Source: Paramoeba atlantica | Taxonomy: Eukaryota; Protista; Discosea | Length of the DNA stretch: 64,000 bases | Assembly: GCA_977017575.1 (NCBI GenBank) | Contig: CDRNVI010000039.1 | Location: 558,001-622,000, forward strand | Reading direction: 5' to 3' | In this document: piece after piece, positions 40,808 through 49,577 of the stretch | How positions within the stretch are numbered: the stretch's first letter is position 1 | How the letters are laid out: the number at the start of each line of letters is the position of its first letter | Notes under the pieces: model-generated | The model's input: only the letters and a program-made list of their open reading frames with translations | Databases searched by the model: none | What the model was told of the DNA's origin: nothing | Position numbers and translations under genes: made by a program

Positions 40808-41533
40808 TTAAAGGGGGGGGGCACAGTACTCAAACTGGTCGGGAAGAAAACGCAAGTCTGGACTCCCGTTCAGCATGTTGTATTGAAAATACAGTTTTCG
40901 TATATTTTTAGAAAGACCTGTAAGATCTATCGGGCCTGCAAACAAATTAAACGAAAGGTGTATCTCAGAAAGCAAAGCCGGTAACCCCAGTAATTGAACT
41001 GACCCACAAAAATCATTTTCGCTGATGTCAACAAAATGAATATCTGATGGCAAATCAGGAAGAAAGAAATTACCAAAAAACGAGTTCTGGGAAAGGATAA
41101 TCGCAACTAACCCATTAGGCAAATTTTCTACTGAAACCGCAGAGGAAAATTGATTTTGACCAAGATTCAGGGACGTGAGCATTCGGGGAAGATGTAAAGT
41201 CGACAGAGCTCCACCGAGCTCATTGTGTCTCAAATCCAACGCAGTGATACCTTCGGGAAGGAAACGCCAGCTTATATTACCTCGTAGGGACATCCCTAGA
41301 CAATCAACGGCGAAGATTCTACCTTGTGAATCGCATGTTATGCCAATCCATTCACAAACATTTGTGTCTACTTCCCAGGAACGAGGGAAACCAGAGACTC
41401 CAGAAAAGCAACGCAGTAGGTCAATCTCTTGTGTCATTGTATTACCGTGAACTCTCGCCGCGCGGCCACTTCTCTCGGGGACTGGAGTTATTTCCAGTGC
41501 GAAAGTGTCTGAAGAAGGATCTCGATCTGCCAT
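40808..41533 (-). CDS. LRR protein truncated by transposon insertion (the TIR supplies the last codons and the stop)
   Basis: CEWIGITCD cap and several LP..L..L.L..N.F.G repeats; ends EY-CAPPL*, with CAPPL* encoded by the TIR. Confidence 0.85.
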   Translation of the reverse strand: MADRDPSSDTFALEITPVPERSGRAARVHGNTMTQEIDLLRCFSGVSGFPRSWEVDTNVCEWIGITCDSQGRIFAVDCLGMSLRGNISWRFLPEGITALDLRHNELGGALSTLHLPRMLTSLNLGQNQFSSAVSVENLPNGLVAIILSQNSFFGNFFLPDLPSDIHFVDISENDFCGSVQLLGLPALLSEIHLSFNLFAGPIDLTGLSKNIRKLYFQYNMLNGSPDLRFLPDQFEYCAPPL

Positions 41534-41676
41534 TGAGAAGAATACTAGTAAAGACACTATGAAACTTTGTTCAGACACGAAAATTTATCCTGAAGGCTCG
41601 TACCACATTTCATTTGATGAGCAATGAAGTACGAAGGCAATGAAGTATGAACTACATAGTTTTACAAAAAAGAGAT

Positions 41677-42132
41677 TTAGCTCTGGTCCAACGGCTTTGA
41701 AAGTGAGCGAAAGATAAGAGTTTCGTGTTCAATGCGTCTTTTTTGACGTCGGCAAAGCCAGGACGGGTGTACTGTGGAGATATTCGAAGCTTTTTCTCTT
41801 TCATTGGCATCCTTGGATAAAGTAAAAGCATACCATGGTAGCTTAGTCGTGCTACTATCGATCAAAGAGCTTTTTAAAGAAGTTGCTTGACCATCTTTCT
41901 TGTTGTGTTTATTTATTTTGGTTTCCTTCGCATTTTTTACAGTGTGGCTTGCCTGTTTTTGAGTCGTTCGTTTCCTTGTTTGGTTATTTCCCTTTGATTG
42001 TTCGTCACGACTAGAACATCGCGTTCCGTTATATTCTGACACCTTTCGAAAACCTTTCGATCTAGCTGAAGATTGCTTGTATTTCTCAGAAGGAGCAATG
42101 GATATGAATTTATTCGTTTGCCTAATCACCAT
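41677..42132 (-). CDS. Small basic protein; C-terminal HPSW motif reminiscent of Bud22/SRFBP1
   Basis: 151 aa, Lys/Arg-rich, VHPSWLCRRQKRR. Confidence 0.5.
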   Translation of the reverse strand: MVIRQTNKFISIAPSEKYKQSSARSKGFRKVSEYNGTRCSSRDEQSKGNNQTRKRTTQKQASHTVKNAKETKINKHNKKDGQATSLKSSLIDSSTTKLPWYAFTLSKDANEREKASNISTVHPSWLCRRQKRRIEHETLIFRSLSKPLDQS

Positions 42133-42333
42133 GTCATCTTCTTAACAAGAAATGCACGACAAGTACGAATAGAATGCTAAAAAAAGTATTTTTACTTTTT
42201 TTTAAAAGAGTTTGACGTTCTTACTGGATTTTGAGGAAGTCCTGCTATTATACGAAGGTTTTTTCATACACGGAGAGGAATGTTTTTCTTTTCTTTAAAT
42301 TAAATATTATTGTGTTGGACACTACACAATCGA

Positions 42334-42981
42334 TCATGATTTGAAGGTGAGAAAGAGTTTTCTTAACGCTTGCCTGCGAACTTTTATCTCAGCTTCGTTT
42401 CGTGCACATTGTATAATTTTATGAAGAAAGTCACTTAAGTATTTTAACCGTTTTCTTCTATCATCAATGACTTTTTCTAACTGAGCACAGGGGTGCAAAT
42501 TGTTTCCGTGAATTGAACATGGCGAATCGGGCTTCTTTGCATCTTCCCTAAACAAAGACTCAGGTGGTACATGTTCGAAGCGAAGCCCTTTTCTCTTTCC
42601 TACGTCGTAAAACCAAACCAATAGCTGTGCATGATGCCTGTAATTCAAAACGGGTTCACCAGTCCTGTCCTCATAAAGCTTATCCGCGTCTTTGCGAATT
42701 GGGCTCGTGTCGCAGTTCATTTCTAGATTTAGGTGAGGAGGCCGATAAACTTGTATTGCCACAAGTTGTAGCACTTCAAGTAAATCCGAGAAAACTGCAA
42801 TCGGTATCTCCAGCTCAGGAAACACGGCTCGAAACAAAGCGTTATACACTTTGGGTGAAACATGGTGGAAGCTGTCTACATGGTGATATGTTGCATTTTT
42901 TACAAACTCGAGTATTTCTTCATGTGTTATTTTGTCAGAGCTGCTCGGTGTTACAGGATTCGAATCATGAATCTCATTCAT
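42334..42981 (-). CDS. Hypothetical protein
   Basis: 215-aa ORF from MNEIHD on the cluster strand; C-terminal coiled coil; no recognised motif. Confidence 0.6.
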   Translation of the reverse strand: MNEIHDSNPVTPSSSDKITHEEILEFVKNATYHHVDSFHHVSPKVYNALFRAVFPELEIPIAVFSDLLEVLQLVAIQVYRPPHLNLEMNCDTSPIRKDADKLYEDRTGEPVLNYRHHAQLLVWFYDVGKRKGLRFEHVPPESLFREDAKKPDSPCSIHGNNLHPCAQLEKVIDDRRKRLKYLSDFLHKIIQCARNEAEIKVRRQALRKLFLTFKS

Positions 42982-43155
42982 AATGTAAAAGAAAGTAGAA
43001 AATTTCTTGTATTTGCCTTTTGTTGTATTTATGCTGTAATTGTCAAGTACGAGATCGAAGGAATAAAACAAAGAAATCATAAACATTTATAACGCTCTTC
43101 ATAATGAATATGTGTGGAATGTATACTATTATAACATACGATTAAGCGTATGCGA

Positions 43156-45129
43156 TTAAGCGCTTGGGGTGCGCTTACAAGCATAAAGCAAACGAGTCAT
43201 CCAAAGCTTGTACAAGGGATCCGCATCTATGCTCCATTCTGATTGATACGTATTCCATCTCAACAATGCGTGCAGTACAATAGATTCGTCTGCTACATTG
43301 CATTCTAATATTATGTGGTGTCCCCTACGTGAATAAATGGAGTGGTTGTTTCCCAAAATATCCATAATTACATCTGAAGTTTTTTTACTGTCTGTTTCCA
43401 GAAGTCCTAATAGCGTCGAAGCTGATACGTGAAATAAAAGCTCCTGGATAACGTGAGCACTCAGAAAGTTTACAGCCTCTCGCGCGAGCTTTACGGAGCT
43501 TATCACACCCGATCTTAATTCAAAAATCTTCTGACCTACGTGCAGTACATGATAGGCACTAGACAAGATGTCTTGAACATCACAGCTTACGAAATATGCT
43601 TTTGGGTTTTTATCTGCATCAGTTGCCACAGCGACGTTTTCCCAACGAAAAGATTCTTTAAAATCGATTGCTTTCAGTACTTGCTCTTGATAATTTTGTC
43701 CCATCGGAATAAACCTACGAAAAATCTTTTTCTTCCCTGTATCAGAAAAAGATGTGTCGAGAAAAGGACGTTGTCCCAAGGGAAGAGGAGTGCACGCTTC
43801 AGTTCCTTGGGAGTCCCTTGGGTGACTTGCGGCGTTCGTGCTACACGCCGTCAGATCCTCTTGCTTTTGCAACACTGCTACATAAAACCCGCCCGTATTC
43901 TGTAAATGTGGCAATATTCTTAGAGTGTTTTCAATACCAAACTCTTTCGGGTCGCAATTGGTTGGGGGAAACATAGTGGAACGAATGTGATACCTTGTTC
44001 GTACCTCCTCAGGCATTTCTTCAAACTGTTCATACAGGACTCCACTCGGATCCATAACTTTCCAGCTGCACAGCCCTGGTACCCACCGAAGTTGGGGAAG
44101 CACGTGTCTCACATCAAGTATTTTCACTGCCCCTTTCCACTGCATAAGGCTGTTCAAAACCACAGCCTCGTTCTCCAGTGGATTCATCGAGCAAGTGCTG
44201 TACACAAGAATACCACCCGGCCGCAGCAATTGTAAACCTCGATGAAGCACGCGAGTTTGCGAGCGGTGCATGTGGGCCCCATCCATAGGAGACCAGCGCT
44301 GCCAGATGTCCGGCGATTTTCGTAGTGTCCCATCCCCGCTGCACATTACGTCACAAAGAATTCGATCGAATTGGGTAATCAGTGGGAATCGTGTGGCGCA
44401 GTGATTGGTTACCACAAGTCGAGCATTCGCTTCGCAGAGTCGTGCACACTGTCGAATGAGTACCGCAAGCCGTTTTGGGTCGACGTCGTTCGCAATAAGA
44501 AATCCCCCTGTTTCGTCGGTTTCAAGTTCATCCATTCTTTCTAATATTTGACATGTTTTACTTCCCGGAGCTGCGCACATGTCGAGTATTTTGTGTCCTT
44601 TTTGAATGTCTAGGTAGTGCACGGGAAGCATGCTGACTGCTTCTTGACGTGAGAGAATACCAGCTTCCGTTTCAGCTACCAGATGTTGGTGGTATATGCT
44701 TAATTTTGAGTCTTTTCGAAGAGCACGACGTGGAATCGAAATATCCCACGCTGTTGGAGAAACCATATTTCTGTCGCAATGCAAAAACGCTAATTCTCGT
44801 ATTGCCACATGCGCGCATGACGTGTTTGATTCCTCAGCACTGTCATCGGGTTCTGGGGCCGACTTATTTTGCTCTAAACACAAGCGAATTTCTTTCACGA
44901 GTTGTTCAACTCGCTCACGGTGTGAGGCTGAATGGTTACTAAGTCGAAAAGAAGTTGGTAGTGGTAACCGTAAGGAGGATAGAAAATCATCCCATGAACA
45001 GTGTTGTGCCTCTGCCCAGGGTAGCGTCGCTCTGTAAAACGTTTCAAAGTTTTCGTTGACATTATTGTTAATGGATTGAGATTCATGCCAAACGTTGGGC
45101 CGATTACGCTTCTTTCGAAAGCGTGACAT
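43156..45129 (-). CDS. NSUN2: tRNA m5C methyltransferase NSUN2/Trm4
   Basis: LSRQEAVSMLP, LDMCAAPGSKT.Q, FDRILCDVMCSGDGTLRK, VYSTCSMNP.ENEAVV, RILPH.QNTGGF. Confidence 0.97.
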   Translation of the reverse strand: MSRFRKKRNRPNVWHESQSINNNVNENFETFYRATLPWAEAQHCSWDDFLSSLRLPLPTSFRLSNHSASHRERVEQLVKEIRLCLEQNKSAPEPDDSAEESNTSCAHVAIRELAFLHCDRNMVSPTAWDISIPRRALRKDSKLSIYHQHLVAETEAGILSRQEAVSMLPVHYLDIQKGHKILDMCAAPGSKTCQILERMDELETDETGGFLIANDVDPKRLAVLIRQCARLCEANARLVVTNHCATRFPLITQFDRILCDVMCSGDGTLRKSPDIWQRWSPMDGAHMHRSQTRVLHRGLQLLRPGGILVYSTCSMNPLENEAVVLNSLMQWKGAVKILDVRHVLPQLRWVPGLCSWKVMDPSGVLYEQFEEMPEEVRTRYHIRSTMFPPTNCDPKEFGIENTLRILPHLQNTGGFYVAVLQKQEDLTACSTNAASHPRDSQGTEACTPLPLGQRPFLDTSFSDTGKKKIFRRFIPMGQNYQEQVLKAIDFKESFRWENVAVATDADKNPKAYFVSCDVQDILSSAYHVLHVGQKIFELRSGVISSVKLAREAVNFLSAHVIQELLFHVSASTLLGLLETDSKKTSDVIMDILGNNHSIYSRRGHHIILECNVADESIVLHALLRWNTYQSEWSIDADPLYKLWMTRLLYACKRTPSA

Positions 45130-45426
45130 CTTATGCTATAAATATCTTTCCTTAAAGATGCGTTCACACTTCAAAAAAACGTTTTATGTGTAAATAAGGT
45201 CTATTTTTCGATCTTGCAATTCAAATTCAGAATTTTGGTCACTATTCTAGAATTTGAGATTTCATATTTTCATAGTTCTAGGGATGCACTTTTTCAGTCC
45301 TATATTTCCTACAATTCTTAACTAACTATTAGAGGTAACTCTAACTGTTTCGCACTCGCTACAATACACCTGTTTTTCACCTCACACTACGATACGAGAA
45401 TAAAGAGAAGAAACGATTCTTCTGCA

Positions 45427-46662
45427 CTATTGGCGTTGTCCTTCGAAGTTCTTAACTAGAAACAGAATTTCTTCCGACTTAAACTTCAGGTGCGTTTCCC
45501 ATACGTATTGAATTTTCTCCCTGATGTTGCCATTAAGACTGTTTGTTAATCTCCATAGTAGTACCAATCCTAAGCCAAGCCATAAATCTTCGTTACTATT
45601 AGTGGACAGGAATTCTCCGGAATCATCAATTTCGCCAAGCTCTCGAAGGTACGTAGGATGTATTTTAAAAGTTTCGACCACTTGACGGATGCTTTGACGT
45701 GTTCTGGGAGGTATATCAAAACCATAACTATGAAGTGAATCAATTACGCGCTCATCGACCAGTTTCTGATAAGAATTCATGGTCCCAATTGGATGACGAT
45801 ATTCCGACTCACATTCAGAGCGAAGGACATCTTGCGTTTGGGGAGTTATCCACGATAACAAGAGACTGTGTAGCATCGGAACACCGCTATACAGCGACTC
45901 CCTGACAAGTCCAACATTATCATCGTCATCAGAATCTATATCACCTGACTGTTCTTCACCCAACAAAATATCGCTGTGAATACCTTCCGTGAGCAAAGTG
46001 GCACCAGTAGCATTTTGTAGCTCATCGATTAGGTGGACGTTGCGTTCATCGCGTCGGTGTCCTTTGAAAACGTTTTGAGTTATCGGAGTTTTATTTGCCT
46101 CGCTACTCCATAACGAACCACCGGTCTTACGCGAACTCACAGCTATACGTTCCGAGTTGGTACGTTCTGCAAGAACTTTATTTGAACGACTAGGAGTCGC
46201 AGTGCCAGAGATGTCGGCTTTCGTCTTCGGAGATCTTGGGCTTGTAGCGGTGCATACATATTTGTTGTATGCCCTCTCAAGGTCATCTAGTGAATGTGCT
46301 GGAAAAATGGCGTTAAGCAATAGAAAAACTCTATGCGGATCAAACCTCTGGCTCGAGCACTCTTCTGCGTACTTTCTCATCCAGGAAAAGCAGGTGTCAC
46401 CACAAAACCAAAATCTTTGCGGATCTATTGCTTTCGAAGGACGTAAATTTGTTTTTCGGTTCGCGCAGATAACAGAACCACACAACTTATCCCAGTTACG
46501 CTCGAGTGCAATCTCCCATATAAGTTTCTCGCTTAGAATTGGTGAATAATATTGCGCATCGGTATGGTTAACACACGTATAGCTCAGCTTTGTTTGTACC
46601 TCTAATATTGCTTGCTGATGCAAATCTGGCCATCGCAATGCTGATTCCTTACGACTGGTCAT
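45427..46662 (-). CDS. RPAP2: Rtr1/RPAP2-like RNA polymerase II-associated protein
   Basis: ER.WDKLCGSVIC ... FCGDTC zinc-finger pattern of the RPAP2/Rtr1 domain. Confidence 0.72.
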   Translation of the reverse strand: MTSRKESALRWPDLHQQAILEVQTKLSYTCVNHTDAQYYSPILSEKLIWEIALERNWDKLCGSVICANRKTNLRPSKAIDPQRFWFCGDTCFSWMRKYAEECSSQRFDPHRVFLLLNAIFPAHSLDDLERAYNKYVCTATSPRSPKTKADISGTATPSRSNKVLAERTNSERIAVSSRKTGGSLWSSEANKTPITQNVFKGHRRDERNVHLIDELQNATGATLLTEGIHSDILLGEEQSGDIDSDDDDNVGLVRESLYSGVPMLHSLLLSWITPQTQDVLRSECESEYRHPIGTMNSYQKLVDERVIDSLHSYGFDIPPRTRQSIRQVVETFKIHPTYLRELGEIDDSGEFLSTNSNEDLWLGLGLVLLWRLTNSLNGNIREKIQYVWETHLKFKSEEILFLVKNFEGQRQ

Positions 46663-46929
46663 GTATGTGCGCTATACTAATATTTTTACGGGGATTCAGA
46701 CTGGAGAACTTGTAAATGATATACTGTACACCTTCACTAACTTACTCTACCCGGTCAAGTACACATAAAATGTATGTCACCTTATCCCAAAAAGTAGTTG
46801 GTTATTAGAGGGGGAGTATACAATTTTGACTTTTTACAATGCTATGTGTTCAATCTCCTTAACTCTATCGTCTGACATAAGAAAAATTTATATTGTACAT
46901 GTATGACGACATCAACATAACAAGACTAA

Positions 46930-47910
46930 GAGGGTTGAAACATATGAAAGGCAAAACCTGGCAAAATCCGCATATTCCTCATTGACGTGGCGAAGGAAAC
47001 TCCTTTGTCAAAAATAGTGAAGAATATACTTGATCTCCATCGTGCGCTGCAAAGTATTTTCGCGCCACAAAAAAAGAAAATTTTGAAAAAATTATTTTTC
47101 GAAAAACACCCCGAGAAAGGGTAGCCGAGGTTTTCGCGCACATTTTCCACTCCCGTACTCCGGGACGACTCCCCCTGGTATCAACAGTACGGGGCCGCCA
47201 AGTTCGTTTTTTTTCTGAAAAGAAATTTGAGAAAAAAGTCAACTTGGCGAAAAACATGGCTTAAAAAACAGGGTGAAAAGGGCATATTTTTGTACCAACT
47301 CTTCCGACTGACTGAAAACGATTTTTGTAGTATTTGACTAAATAATTTATTAGAGTCCTCCATTAAAAAGGAACCGTTATAAAAAGAAAGTTAGCATCAC
47401 CTTTAAAATTACATTTCATGCAACAATATGAGCTTCTACCGCGAAGGGTGTGATATATTTGAGTGAGTAAAATCTTACCATTGACTTACGGGATGAACAT
47501 TCCTTGCTAGAATTTTTAAAAACTCTTCAGCGCCATGCGAAGGTGAAAGGTGATTGCAATCCCGCAATGCAAGCATTTGTAATATTTCTGTATAATATTA
47601 ATGAGGAAGGGTAAAAAGTTTTTGTTAGTTTAAGAACTTTCTTCTACTCGTCGGGGAGAAATTTCATTGAACAAACTATTTGGTACAAAAATATGCCCTT
47701 TTGACCAAAAACAGCTTTTCAAAATCGTTTCACCTATAGTAGTTTGAGAGTTTGGGACCTATACTAGCGTTCTACGCCGTTGTTTTCGCAAGATACCCCT
47801 TCTTGAAGCCGTGACACGTCTACCAAAATGACGCCCCCAAAAATAGGTATCCTGGCAAAACCAGGCAAAACTTGGCAAAACCCGGCAAAACTTAACAGGT
47901 TTCAACCCTC
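46930..47910. mobile_element. 981-bp non-autonomous element with 12-bp TIRs and a TAA 3-bp duplication (PIF/Harbinger- or Zator-like)
   Basis: TAA|gagggttgaaac ... gtttcaaccctc|TAA; ggcaaaa(c/t) subterminal repeats (2 left, 4 right); internal perfect 23-bp inverted repeat at 47276-47298 / 47680-47702. Confidence 0.82.
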
Positions 47911-48038
47911 TAATGTGCCGTTACAATAGTTTCAAGAACGGTTGTGTATTCGATTGACAAGCAGGCCCGAGAGTTAATATCATCCGAAAGTAGCATTTTA
48001 GCGAATTTTAATGAAAGTTTCATTAAAATTCTGAAACA

Positions 48039-49271
48039 TTATTCTGGCATATTTGTTGTCGACTGAGGAATACCTTTTGTTGCCATAATCTCAAGTACAG
48101 ATCTTGCAACCCCGAGAGCACCCGCGCTTGTACATCTTTGTAATAAGGTGTTGAACAGTCTGGTATCTGAACTCACGTGATATTTGGGAAAGTTATGAAG
48201 ATAAAGGTCTATGCACTCCCTCCATCCACACACCTTACTTTTCATGTAGGCGGCCCAGATTGCGGGACTACTTCTGAGCTGGGGAAAATACGTCTCTACG
48301 TGGTCTAAAATTTTGTGAATAACTTGCTTTCGTGTACCTACAATATTTATCAACAGAGCAAATTGGGACTCTAAATCGTGTAGGAAAGCTGTGTTGTAAA
48401 TTCTATCTGTTGTTCCATGTTCTTTGGTGTCATGACCTTGGAGTGAGTCGGTCATCAGCTTCATTGCCGTTTTCCAATTTCCATCATCCCCGTTTCGGGC
48501 AAGCAGTGAAAGAAGCGTGTCCATCCGTGGTCGTACCTGACAGTGACGGGCGATCCGATAGCATATCCATGGTGACTTCTTACAGTCCTTCGGACACAAT
48601 GAAACAACAACCGCGAGCTGGTCTTGTTTATTCTTTGATTCATTCCTTATATTTCTTACCCTTGACGTGTTTCTCCATTGAATAAGCGCTTTGCCAGTAC
48701 CATCAGACCTGTAATTGCGTGATGCCGGAGTTTCCTCTTTCTCAACTCGCGCTAAATTTACCCATAAATGGTGTACGCAAATATCAAGGGCACGCAGCCA
48801 GCTTTTCTGTGTTCGTAGTAATTCTAGATGAACCGGACTGGCATACGTTGGTATTACCGTTTCACTTATCGCTCTCGCAGTTCGCACCCCTTCTAGCTCA
48901 GATGGCATTTGTGCAGGTTTCTCACACGAATCAGATGCTCCGCCATGTGTTGCATTGCTTTTCAATATTTCCCATACATGTGGTACAGAGCCCAGATAGG
49001 TGGGATCCGGGATCCGATCGATAGCGCTCTGCTCAACTTGACTTTGTGTGCTTCGAGCTCTCCAAATTTGATGCTTTGTTCGTTGCGGAAGGCGCCACGC
49101 CCCGAAACGTATGACCTCGGGGGGTTTCGTCACGCCTGGAGAACGTTGTAAGATAGAGGCAGCCCCAATACGGAAGAATTGGTTGTTGGCCTGCTGCGCT
49201 TTCATGTAGGCTGCAATATAGGCCTTCTTTCTTTGTTGACCAATTTTTCTGGCATGATGGCTTTTGTACAT
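48039..49271 (-). CDS. Probable mitochondrial PPR-like helical repeat protein
   Basis: Basic N-terminus; C-terminal DTRLFNTLLQRC...G....ARSVLEIM..KGI.. is a PPR consensus. Confidence 0.6.
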   Translation of the reverse strand: MYKSHHARKIGQQRKKAYIAAYMKAQQANNQFFRIGAASILQRSPGVTKPPEVIRFGAWRLPQRTKHQIWRARSTQSQVEQSAIDRIPDPTYLGSVPHVWEILKSNATHGGASDSCEKPAQMPSELEGVRTARAISETVIPTYASPVHLELLRTQKSWLRALDICVHHLWVNLARVEKEETPASRNYRSDGTGKALIQWRNTSRVRNIRNESKNKQDQLAVVVSLCPKDCKKSPWICYRIARHCQVRPRMDTLLSLLARNGDDGNWKTAMKLMTDSLQGHDTKEHGTTDRIYNTAFLHDLESQFALLINIVGTRKQVIHKILDHVETYFPQLRSSPAIWAAYMKSKVCGWRECIDLYLHNFPKYHVSSDTRLFNTLLQRCTSAGALGVARSVLEIMATKGIPQSTTNMPE

Positions 49272-49577
49272 CACGAAGGACCCACGTAAAAGTTTGACTC
49301 TTGTTTTATATCAGAGAAAAAACAACAAGCAAGGATCATCAGTATACACGTACGGACATTCGTTGTAATTTTTTCATTCTTCAGAAACCATTGACAATCA
49401 ATGGTGATTGTATAACTACCGCTCCGGTCGAAGGCATATTCCACAACTTATGATAAAGAGTGAAATATAGAGTAGCGTAATATGAAAGAATGAAATAATA
49501 CATAAAGTAGATTCTGGTTAGTCGAAGTTGACTATGAACCGCATGGAGCACAACGCCAAATTGACTTTTAGTCCTTT

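Larger units (their letters stand above)
38704..40826 (-). mobile_element. pogo-type TIR element (2123 bp) with TA TSD, carrying transposase remnants and a Ulp1 protease domain
   Basis: TA|ctgtgacccccccctttaatatggaca ... tgtccatattaaagggggggggcacag|TA; direct subterminal copies of ttgtccataataaagggggggg (about 38743 and 40770). Confidence 0.92.
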
